Part shown: piece after piece, positions 6,253 to 13,579 of the stretch
Layout of the letters: every line of letters starts with the position of its first letter
Numbering within the stretch: position 1 is the first letter of the stretch
Source: a virus
Taxonomy: Duplodnaviria > Heunggongvirae > Uroviricota > Caudoviricetes
Reading direction: 5' to 3' (one strand)
IMG/VR virus record: IMGVR_UViG_2690315980_000001
DNA length: 24,231 bases
Translations under genes and position numbers: made by a program
Notes under the pieces: generated by a model
Told to the model about the DNA's origin: nothing
Databases searched by the model: none
Seen by the model: the letters and a program-made list of their open reading frames with translations, nothing else

Positions 6253-6756
6253 TTACTTTTTCAAATACTCAGAAAAAGTTAGTTTTTCAGTTTTTCCTGA
6301 CGTTGACCAATTTAGAACCCACTTTTCTGAATCTATAATAGGAAAGAAGGTATCAGCATTCTCAACAACCTCATCAACAACAGTAATCAACAACCGATCT
6401 GCTATTGAAATCGATTCTTTATATATCATACCTCCGCCAATAACAAGTAATTCTTGGAAATTATTATCGCTATAAACCTTTGTTATTGCTTCTGGAATTG
6501 AATTTATGCCGCAAACTGTTGCAAACCCTTTATCTGAAAAAAAATTCTTATCTTTTTCACTACAAAGAACAAAGTTGTCTCTATTTTTAAGAGGTGCTGA
6601 ATTGGGCAAAGAACGAGCAGTCCTTGCCCCCATGATGACGGGCTTGTGTAGGGTATTGGTCTTGAAAAACTCCATATCTTCTCTGAATGAGAACAGTAAA
6701 TCATTCCCTTTTCCAATTGCTAAATTTTTAGACACACAAGCGATTAGCGTTATCAT
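6253..6756 (-). CDS. folA: Dihydrofolate reductase (type I fold)
   Basis: MITLIA..AIG, EDMEFFK.NT.HKPVIMG, PLKNR.N.VL, VIGGG.IY, DTFFP. Confidence 0.92.
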   Translation of the reverse strand: MITLIACVSKNLAIGKGNDLLFSFREDMEFFKTNTLHKPVIMGARTARSLPNSAPLKNRDNFVLCSEKDKNFFSDKGFATVCGINSIPEAITKVYSDNNFQELLVIGGGMIYKESISIADRLLITVVDEVVENADTFFPIIDSEKWVLNWSTSGKTEKLTFSEYLKK

Positions 6757-7178
6757 TCAATAACCACTCCCTGGTAGTTACTAATTGCATACAGTTGTGT
6801 GCCAAGATTATTTTGCTTAATCTCTTTTTTTAGTGATTCTGTTATTTCAGCACTATAAGCAAATTTACCATTGTAATAAACGTAAGCCCTACCTTGGAAC
6901 TCATAAGTTAAAATTAACCCCTTAACAGTACCTAACTCCCCAACACCATCATGATAATTTAGCATACCAGATGAATCACTATACATTTTTTCATATACTG
7001 ATATGTTTTCGTAGTCGCCATTTGTTCTAACTTCAAAGTCTGAAATGGATAATGCTGCACTTGATAAAAACACTCGGTTTGACAGTCCTGTTAACTCTTT
7101 ATATTTTGGGTCTGCAAATGAGCTAGTTGAAGCTGTCATAAGCACAATACCAGCTATCATCATGTGTTTAAGTTTCAT
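6753..7178 (-). CDS. Exported hypothetical protein
   Basis: Signal peptide ending SSFA-DP; overlaps the DHFR start by 4 nt. Confidence 0.7.
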   Translation of the reverse strand: MKLKHMMIAGIVLMTASTSSFADPKYKELTGLSNRVFLSSAALSISDFEVRTNGDYENISVYEKMYSDSSGMLNYHDGVGELGTVKGLILTYEFQGRAYVYYNGKFAYSAEITESLKKEIKQNNLGTQLYAISNYQGVVIE

Positions 7179-7383
7179 TATTATTATTCTCCAATAGTTG
7201 TTTTCTTAGTTGTTCTACTTGGTTTATTCTTTCTCTTAATGTTTTATCAATGTCTAATGTCTCAGATAATAATGGAGCTACTATATCCACATCTGGATTA
7301 GTCATGTTTTTTTCAAATTCTTTATGAATTTCATCTAATCGATTCGATAGCTTTGAGTAATTTGTTTGTTCTAAACCTGACAT
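7168..7383 (-). CDS. xseB: Probable exodeoxyribonuclease VII small subunit
   Basis: 71-aa helical protein directly after xseA; Y..L..RL.EI...E...DVD...PL..E......ERI..VE pattern. Confidence 0.65.
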   Translation of the reverse strand: MSGLEQTNYSKLSNRLDEIHKEFEKNMTNPDVDIVAPLLSETLDIDKTLRERINQVEQLRKQLLENNNNET

Positions 7384-7433
7384 TTACTTATTCCTTACAT
7401 TAGTAAAACAGAATATTACATCCCGTTCAATAT

Positions 7434-8945
7434 TTAATCTTGCTTGCTTAATTCGATTCTAGGAAACTCTCGAACTTTTTCAATTTGGTTAATATCAACT
7501 CGCACGATACCATCAGACAAGCTCAGTTTAGCTTCGCCTTCTTTTAGATGATTCACGCTAGTAACAAGTGTTTCATCCTGGTTAACTAATGAGTATCCCT
7601 TATTTAAGATAGCAATAGGGTTGTTCATCATAATCATCATTAGCTTTTCTTTACGAATATTATCCGCTGAAACAAGAGTATCTTTTGATATCGAAGATAT
7701 AGATGTGATTTTTTGGTCAAGAGCGTTTCTTGCTCTCTCAATCACGACTGCACTGTTATCAATAATTCTTGACACCTTACTGTCCAATGCGCTTTTTGCA
7801 AGCAATACGCTTTTTTCGGACAAGCTTATGATTCTTTCGAAATTTCGAGCATCCTTCTCTGATGATGAAATGATTACATCTCTAATCATATTTACTACCA
7901 TCGAAGGTGTTGCACATCTGGTATGTGCAATTTCATCTATAATTGTATTATCTCTTTCATGCCCGATACCGCAGAATATCGGCGCATTAAGACATAGCAG
8001 CGATTTAGCTATTTCATACTCATTTAAGGCATATAAACCTGCTTTATCACCACCACCACGAATCACACATACCGCATCGAATGGATTTCTTTCATGATCA
8101 GCATTTATCTTACTCACTGCTGAAGTGATCGTGTTTATGGAGTTATTCCCCTGGAAAGTTGCAGAATAATAACTGAATTTACATAGACCTAAACTATCCA
8201 AAAGTGATGATTGCGTCTGAAAGTCACCCAAGCCAGCAGCCATATCTGGAGATAGAACAGCAACTCTGAAAAAGTTATCTGGTGCCTTCATTCTCTTGTT
8301 GTTAAGAAATATTCCCTCAGATCTTAATCTATCTCTAATTGCATTTAGCTTTGCTTCCATCTCACCGATAGTAAATGATGGGTTGATATCAATGATGTTC
8401 AGACTTAAGCCGTACTTCTCACTGAACTCAGGCTTTACACAGATTAGAACCTTCATGTTATGAGCCAGCTTCATGCCTGTTGAACGCTCAAATTTGCTAA
8501 TAATGTCTTTTCTCTTGCTCCAAATCATACCTCTAGCTTTCGCCAATTCAGAGCCATTCGAATCATAATCAGAAAGCTCTAGGTACACATGTGAGCTACC
8601 AGTAATATTTGAAATTTCAGCAGTAAGCCATGAGCCTTCAGTGAAGGTTTCTTCCATAAGGTTTTTGATTACACCCAAATATACTGACAAGCTCGATGGC
8701 TTATTGCTCTGCTTGTTCAGCATATGCTGAAACTTGGGTGTCCACCATTTCTTGAAAACGGTAACATCAATGCCTTTTGGTACGTACCAACAAACAAACG
8801 CACCATTACTTGAGTAAGGTAAAGCACCTAGTCTTTTTGCTTCTTCACGCTCCCCATATGGGACTTCGAGCCGTAATTTTCTATCTAGAATCATTGAAAT
8901 CTCCATTTTTAGTAAATTATACATGAAATCTATCCCGTAAACCAC
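7434..8945 (-). CDS. xseA: Exodeoxyribonuclease VII large subunit with an N-terminal DUF5710-like domain (probable start at 8894)
   Basis: WLTAEISN, HVYLEL, YGLSLNI.DI.PSFT.G, AAGLGDF, IRGGG, GIGHERD, TPS; N-terminal LEVPYGEREEAKRLGA; GGAG SD before 8894. Confidence 0.92.
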   Translation of the reverse strand: MVYGIDFMYNLLKMEISMILDRKLRLEVPYGEREEAKRLGALPYSSNGAFVCWYVPKGIDVTVFKKWWTPKFQHMLNKQSNKPSSLSVYLGVIKNLMEETFTEGSWLTAEISNITGSSHVYLELSDYDSNGSELAKARGMIWSKRKDIISKFERSTGMKLAHNMKVLICVKPEFSEKYGLSLNIIDINPSFTIGEMEAKLNAIRDRLRSEGIFLNNKRMKAPDNFFRVAVLSPDMAAGLGDFQTQSSLLDSLGLCKFSYYSATFQGNNSINTITSAVSKINADHERNPFDAVCVIRGGGDKAGLYALNEYEIAKSLLCLNAPIFCGIGHERDNTIIDEIAHTRCATPSMVVNMIRDVIISSSEKDARNFERIISLSEKSVLLAKSALDSKVSRIIDNSAVVIERARNALDQKITSISSISKDTLVSADNIRKEKLMMIMMNNPIAILNKGYSLVNQDETLVTSVNHLKEGEAKLSLSDGIVRVDINQIEKVREFPRIELSKQD

Positions 8946-9059
8946 TGATGATCATAATCAATTGATAAATTATCATTTTTTATCTTTCATACTATATGCT
9001 TTTGATGTAGCATTGGTCATTCTTTTAATAAGCCAATAAATATCAAGAGTAAATAGAAA

Positions 9060-9872
9060 ATGAGCGATAAGTTAAATCAAAAAATCCAAACACTAAACCT
9101 AAAGAAAGATCCAGTAATAATCGACCTGGTTAAGAAAACCGCAATCTCGTTAGAGAAGAAGGGTATTAATCTGGACAAGGACGCTGCCCGAGTTGCTTTG
9201 TGCATGGACTTCTCAGGCAGTATGTATTGGCTAATTAAGAACGGTACTGTCAGTGAGTTAACACAACGATCATTGGCTCAAGGCATCGTTATGGATGATG
9301 ATGGTGATATTGAGGTCTTTGGCTTTGGTTCTGATGCAAAGTACATTGAATCCATCAACGCCGACAACTATGTAGAGTACTGTGAAGGTGTTCAGCGAGA
9401 CATGCCAGATTTCGGTTCAACCTATTACCATAAAGCAATTAATCTAATTGTAAGTCATTATGACCGCATTGGTTATGATAAACCTGTCTATGTCATCTTC
9501 GTAACTGATGGTGATACCTTCAGCAAAACTGCAACTGAGGAAGCACTAAAAGCCGCTTCAGGCAAGCCAATCTTCTGGCAGTTCATTGGTATTGGTCAAG
9601 ATGACTACGATCCTAATCAGGTAGATGCCAAAGTTGTGAAGAAACCTGGAGTAATCGGTCGTTTCCTTGGCGCTAAAGAAAAAGAAGTTCCTAACACTAA
9701 GTTTGAGTTCTTAGTTAAACTTGATGAAATGGAAGGTCGCGTGGTAGATAATGCTGGATTCTTTGCTGTAAAAGATCCAAAGAGTATGAGTGCTGAACGT
9801 ATGTATGACTTGATGCACAATGAATACCCAGAGTGGCTTAAAGAAGTACGAGCTAAAGGCATTCTTCGCTAA
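9060..9872 (+). CDS. vWA-domain protein of the TerF-like (tellurite/stress ter-associated) family
   Basis: MIDAS DFSGS, VIFVTDG, PIFWQFIGIG, LDEMEGRVVDNAGFF. Confidence 0.85.
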   Translation: MSDKLNQKIQTLNLKKDPVIIDLVKKTAISLEKKGINLDKDAARVALCMDFSGSMYWLIKNGTVSELTQRSLAQGIVMDDDGDIEVFGFGSDAKYIESINADNYVEYCEGVQRDMPDFGSTYYHKAINLIVSHYDRIGYDKPVYVIFVTDGDTFSKTATEEALKAASGKPIFWQFIGIGQDDYDPNQVDAKVVKKPGVIGRFLGAKEKEVPNTKFEFLVKLDEMEGRVVDNAGFFAVKDPKSMSAERMYDLMHNEYPEWLKEVRAKGILR

Positions 9873-9891
9873 TTTGTAGATTTAAGCGAAC

Positions 9892-9925
9892 AAAAAGACA
9901 TGGGGAAGCCCATGTCTTTTTTTTT
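9892..9925. terminator. Bidirectional intrinsic terminator
   Basis: AAAAAGACATGGG-GAAG-CCCATGTCTTTTT. Confidence 0.8.
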
Positions 9926-9939
9926 ATTTCAGTTAATAA

Positions 9940-10464
9940 TTACTTTTCAATATTGTAAAGCAAAGCCATCTCACCCAGACCCACAACCAACATTTTGTTT
10001 TCAAAAATCCTGATAGGGAAAACCTGACCCTCCTTTGTCTGAATGGTATAACTGGCGCTATTAGGTAATTCAATTTGCTCTTGGGTGATTTTAGTTATGT
10101 TAAAAACCTTGCTTTCTAATTGAATCTTCTCATTTGATAATTGAATTGCAGGAGGTAAGCCAAGCTGTGTTTTACCTATTACCATACTATGCGGCTTGAA
10201 TGAGACTCCAGATTCAGAACTATTAAATGGATTCACAACTACTTGTTGAGCAATTACTTGTTGAGATTTTGCGCTAATTGCTATATCTTCATCACTTCTA
10301 AATCCATTAAAAAATGCAATTGCTACAAATATATAAAGCACAATAAATGGCAAACTTGTTATTTGTTCAATAAATACTAACTTTGGGCTTAGTTTCCGTT
10401 CCTCTGGTGATGCGCAATCTTCAAAATGACAAAATTTTATTTTATTTTTCATAGGTACACTCAT
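9940..10464 (-). CDS. Hypothetical single-pass membrane protein
   Basis: One hydrophobic segment, IITSLPFIVLYIFVAIAFF region. Confidence 0.65.
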   Translation of the reverse strand: MSVPMKNKIKFCHFEDCASPEERKLSPKLVFIEQITSLPFIVLYIFVAIAFFNGFRSDEDIAISAKSQQVIAQQVVVNPFNSSESGVSFKPHSMVIGKTQLGLPPAIQLSNEKIQLESKVFNITKITQEQIELPNSASYTIQTKEGQVFPIRIFENKMLVVGLGEMALLYNIEK

Positions 10465-10957
10465 GTTTAGAATTTGTATGTTATTTTTATTAATTTCTTC
10501 TGTTAGCTTCCCTGCCTATCCGCACACTCAAACCAAAGCCAAAATTCTAGTAATTAAGTCAGAAAGAGTATTACTACTACTGAAAAACAATAAAATTGCT
10601 AAAGAGTACAAGATCGCTCTGGGAAAGAATCCTGTCGGAGACAAAGTAAAACAAGGAGATAATAAAACACCAGAGGGTAAATATCAAATTGTCAGTAAGA
10701 ACAGTCAGAGTAAATTTTATCTTAATTTGGCAATAAACTACCCATCTAAGTTGGATATTAAAGAAGCAAAAAGGCTAGGCGTTAATCCAGGCGGTAATAT
10801 TGTTATTCATGGCTTACCCAACAAAGCTCCTAGCTTTATTCACGATGAATTAATGAGCGAAGACTGGACAAATGGTTGCATAGCTTTACATAACAGCGAT
10901 ATTAAGGATTTGTTTGATTCAGTTCCTGTCGGAACAAGTATCGATATTCTTCCTTGA
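10463..10957 (+). CDS. L,D-transpeptidase (YkuD family)
   Basis: K..QGDNKTPEGKY, GGNIVIHG, WTNGCIAL (catalytic His and Cys); signal peptide. Confidence 0.9.
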   Translation: MFRICMLFLLISSVSFPAYPHTQTKAKILVIKSERVLLLLKNNKIAKEYKIALGKNPVGDKVKQGDNKTPEGKYQIVSKNSQSKFYLNLAINYPSKLDIKEAKRLGVNPGGNIVIHGLPNKAPSFIHDELMSEDWTNGCIALHNSDIKDLFDSVPVGTSIDILP

Positions 10958-11044
10958 TTCTTAGTCTTTGTTTTTTAAAGGTCTTTTAAATTGAATGAAC
11001 ATGCATTAGACATAATCTATTAATGTGGTAAAATTTGCGCCGTT

Positions 11045-11770
11045 TTGACATACGACTACGGGTTCCATATGCGCACTTTTGAAGAGATCGGAAATATAGC
11101 GATAAATGCATTGCTATCTTATCATTGCTCCCCTGAAAGAATGAAAGTTTCAAAAGAAGCTACAGTAAGACTATATCTTAAGAAAGTGCTATCTCGAAAA
11201 AAGTACAGCAAAAATTCATGTTATTACCTAAAGTCACTCTTACAAAAAGCTACATCATCCTACTCAATGTATAATGTTTTAAGTGGAATTGCTGAAAACT
11301 ACACTAGAGTCATATCTCATGATAAGAAATTTGATGACATTTGCTTTTACGATAGATTTCAATCTTTATTTAAGAAGATGCGTGATCTTGGTTATGAGCT
11401 GCATATAGACATTGAAGGTGATTCACTGTTTCTAAACGAAAACAGTAAAGCTATGGTGATTTTCAAAAATGACTATATCAATTTAGAACCGTCTGGTGAT
11501 CTTACTGGAGTTCTTTATGTCACTGTAGTTAATAAATGTATGTATGATTTTATTGAATCAGCATTTAACTCAGGTCTATACCCAAAACTATTCAAAGAGA
11601 GTAGTAACGTTAGTAAATTTGAGATTCATCCTAACAACAACCCACCAGCACCAATTTCATTTATTTCTACAAAGGAAGATTATCTTCATAAACGCCGAGT
11701 TATGGCTAATGAGAAATCATTATTTGCTGGCAAGGTAAACCCGTTCCAGTTAAAAATGAAGAAATCCTAA
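11045..11770 (+). CDS. Hypothetical protein (TTG start); N-terminus loosely recalls DUF2913, unverified
   Basis: 241-aa ORF; upstream TAGACA-16-TAAAAT with extended TG. Confidence 0.6.
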   Translation: MTYDYGFHMRTFEEIGNIAINALLSYHCSPERMKVSKEATVRLYLKKVLSRKKYSKNSCYYLKSLLQKATSSYSMYNVLSGIAENYTRVISHDKKFDDICFYDRFQSLFKKMRDLGYELHIDIEGDSLFLNENSKAMVIFKNDYINLEPSGDLTGVLYVTVVNKCMYDFIESAFNSGLYPKLFKESSNVSKFEIHPNNNPPAPISFISTKEDYLHKRRVMANEKSLFAGKVNPFQLKMKKS

Positions 11771-11778
11771 ATTTTCTG

Positions 11779-11806
11779 TTGACTTTCCTAGACCAAGAAT
11801 TATAAG
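11779..11806 (+). promoter_or_regulatory. sigma70 promoter for leader L3
   Basis: TTGACT-16 nt-TATAAG. Confidence 0.6.
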
Positions 11807-11842
11807 CTTTAATTGTAAACATACATTTTTAAGGATTTTATT

Positions 11843-11911
11843 GTGAAAGCTAAAACATTTATTACCTCTAAAGTAGGTATCCAGCAACCGTGGCAACAAG
11901 CTTATGTGTAA
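11843..11911 (+). CDS. Leader peptide L3, 22 aa MKAKTFITSKVGIQQPWQQAYV (GTG start)
   Basis: SD AAGGA in AGGATTTTATT-GTG; codons CAG CAA CCG TGG CAA CAA at 11882-11899; stop lies in the first hairpin of the attenuator. Confidence 0.85.
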   Translation: MKAKTFITSKVGIQQPWQQAYV

Positions 11912-11997
11912 GTTTTAGCTTTCGCATGGCTAAAACTTAGGTTTTAGCCACAGGAAAGACACCTAACCCCTGATGGCTCTCCATCAGGGGTTTTTTT
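11909..11997 (+). terminator. Attenuator of leader L3: alternative hairpins plus intrinsic terminator
   Basis: A:B TAAGTTTTAGC/GCTAAAACTTA (11 bp); B:C TGGCTAAAAC/GTTTTAGCCA (10 bp); C:D AGCCACAGG/CCTGATGGCT; terminator AACCCCTGATGG-CTCT-CCATCAGGGGTT followed by TTTTT. Confidence 0.88.
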
Positions 11998-12116
11998 ATG
12001 CTTAAAAAATTCAGATGGAATAAAGTCAACTTATCTCTGCATATCTATGCTGGAGAGGAGGTCTTGTGGTTTTAGTGTAAGTGCTTGATTTTATTGAATT
12101 TTTTTTAATTTTCTTG

Positions 12117-12145
12117 TTGACAGATAAAATGTTCAGGTTTAATAT
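12117..12145 (+). promoter_or_regulatory. Near-consensus sigma70 promoter immediately upstream of tRNA-Pro
   Basis: TTGACA-17 nt-TAATAT. Confidence 0.75.
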
Positions 12146-12169
12146 GTAGTCATACAGTAAAGAAACACA

Positions 12170-12246
12170 CGGTGAATAGCGCAGCCTGGTAGCGCATCTG
12201 CTTTGGGAGCAGAGGGTCGAGAGTTCGAATCTCTCTTCACCGACCA
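12170..12246 (+). tRNA. tRNA-Pro(UGG), copy 1
   Basis: TCTGC-TT TGG GA-GCAGA; C1-G72, A73; CCA. Confidence 0.95.
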
Positions 12247-12257
12247 AATTATATTGT

Positions 12258-12334
12258 TGGGGTGTAGCCAAGTTGGTTTAAGGCAATAGACTTTGATTCT
12301 ATGAACGGGGGTTCAAGTCCCTCCACCTCAGCCA
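12258..12334 (+). tRNA. tRNA-Gln(UUG), copy 1
   Basis: ATAGA-CT TTG AT-TCTAT; U1-A72, G73; CCA. Confidence 0.95.
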
Positions 12335-12346
12335 GAACAACAAAGT

Positions 12347-12422
12347 GTAGAGGTAGCTCAGTTGGTAGAGCATCGGATTCCAAACCCGCTGGTCGGGGGT
12401 TCAACTCCCTCCCTCTATGCCA
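12347..12422 (+). tRNA. tRNA-Trp(CCA)
   Basis: Acceptor GTAGAGG/CCTCTAT; loop TT CCA AA; G73; CCA; anticodon stem has two mismatches. Confidence 0.88.
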
Positions 12423-12426
12423 CATT

Positions 12427-12503
12427 CGGTGAATAGCGCAGCCTGGTAGCGCATCTGCTTTGGGAGCAGAGGGTCGAGAGTTCGAATCTCTCTTCACCGA
12501 CCA
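12427..12503 (+). tRNA. tRNA-Pro(UGG), copy 2
   Basis: Identical to 12170-12246. Confidence 0.95.
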
Positions 12504-12514
12504 AATTACATTGT

Positions 12515-12591
12515 TGGGGTGTAGCCAAGTTGGTTTAAGGCAATAGACTTTGATTCTATGAACGGGGGTTCAAGTCCCTCCACCCCAGCCA
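12515..12591 (+). tRNA. tRNA-Gln(UUG), copy 2
   Basis: One acceptor-stem difference from copy 1 (C12585 vs T12328). Confidence 0.95.
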
Positions 12592-12619
12592 TATTCCTTT
12601 CTGATTCTAAGAGGTTTTT

Positions 12620-12748
12620 ATGTCATATAATAATTATTATCTAATCATGAAATGCTTAGATATTATTGAGAAAGAATTAAACAATATTGCTGCACATGTT
12701 GGTCATCCATCATTCAATGAATTCATGAGAGGAAAGCGCGATGAATGA
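12620..12748 (+). CDS. Small hypothetical protein, 42 aa
   Basis: GAGG SD before the ATG; MSYNNYYLIMKCLDIIEKELNNIAAHVGHPSFNEFMRGKRDE. Confidence 0.45.
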   Translation: MSYNNYYLIMKCLDIIEKELNNIAAHVGHPSFNEFMRGKRDE

Positions 12749-12830
12749 AGATAAAATGATTCATGACCTTGAAAGAATGTTGTTTTTAATCAGAACTCTG
12801 AACACATTACTAAAAAGAAAACTTGGATAA
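12741..12830 (+). CDS. Small hypothetical protein, 29 aa
   Basis: GAGGA SD; overlaps the previous ORF by 8 nt; ends just before a terminator; MNEDKMIHDLERMLFLIRTLNTLLKRKLG. Confidence 0.4.
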   Translation: MNEDKMIHDLERMLFLIRTLNTLLKRKLG

Positions 12831-12838
12831 TTGTTATT

Positions 12839-12860
12839 CCCCAGATATTCGTATCTGGGG
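12839..12860. terminator. Probable bidirectional terminator with UUCG loop
   Basis: CCCCAGATA-TTCG-TATCTGGGG between convergent transcripts. Confidence 0.7.
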
Positions 12861-12872
12861 TTATTTGTTTAG

Positions 12873-13493
12873 CTATTGCAATAGGAATATATCCTCAATT
12901 TGCTTCCAATCTTCAATAGCTTGATAAGTAGATTCTGACCTTGATTTTTGATTGCTAAATAGATAAGAATCAATCCCAAGGTCTATACCCTCTTGAACAT
13001 ATTTTTCGTTAATATCGATCAAACCAGCAATTTTATTCCCAGGTATATCCTTCAACAGTTCCAATACGTGGCTTTTTGTTTCAGATCTTCCTACAAAATG
13101 ATAACCACTAAAAATATCACCAAAAATATCTTCTAGGTTTTTCTCTCTTAACCTCATCTCATGTTCTGAGCGCCCACAAGACATAACAAGCGAAATGTCA
13201 TATCTGTAAGAAAGCTCAATAAGAACTCGCTTAACACCTGGTGAAATAACATCTAATGACCCGATATATTCAGAGTCGCAGTATTCAGCATATAGTAATA
13301 GCGCATCATCAAGAGAATTTGCACCGAATAAATCTACCAACCTTAATGGATTAGAACCCTCTTGGTCTAGCAGGTGATCTGTACAAATTCCTTTATGGTC
13401 GAGAAACTTTTTTATTCCGCTTAAAGCATTCAGAATCACACCCTCGGCATCAAGTATCAAGATATCTTTCTTCTTCTTCATTTTATTTCTCAT
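12873..13493 (-). CDS. HAD-superfamily hydrolase-like protein (phage/plasmid nucleotidase-like)
   Basis: ILILDAEGVI (motif I, DxE variant), LIDINEKYV (motif IV region). Confidence 0.6.
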   Translation of the reverse strand: MRNKMKKKKDILILDAEGVILNALSGIKKFLDHKGICTDHLLDQEGSNPLRLVDLFGANSLDDALLLYAEYCDSEYIGSLDVISPGVKRVLIELSYRYDISLVMSCGRSEHEMRLREKNLEDIFGDIFSGYHFVGRSETKSHVLELLKDIPGNKIAGLIDINEKYVQEGIDLGIDSYLFSNQKSRSESTYQAIEDWKQIEDIFLLQ

Positions 13494-13523
13494 ATTTAGT
13501 TAGTTTTGCAATAAAATAGCAAT

Positions 13524-13553
13524 AAAAAAGCGCCATTGCAATTGTGGCGCTTT
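13524..13553. terminator. Intrinsic terminator
   Basis: AAAGCGCCA-loop-TGGCGCTTT with an A-tract (U-tract on the minus strand). Confidence 0.65.
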
Positions 13554-13579
13554 CAAGTATGGGGATTGATAAACTAAAA

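Larger units (their letters stand above)
12170..12591 (+). repeat. Direct repeat of the Pro-Gln unit (12170-12334 vs 12427-12591, period 257)
   Basis: 165 nt with two differences. Confidence 0.9.

Noticed and set aside
2438-11738. Short ORFs nested in longer genes (2438, 3026, 6504, 6506, 7621, 9617, 11544)
   Set aside because: Shadow or alternative frames inside well-supported genes, with no SD or family motifs.
12026-12497. ORF-track ORFs 12026-12271 and 12249-12497
   Set aside because: Antisense to the tRNA genes; artefacts.
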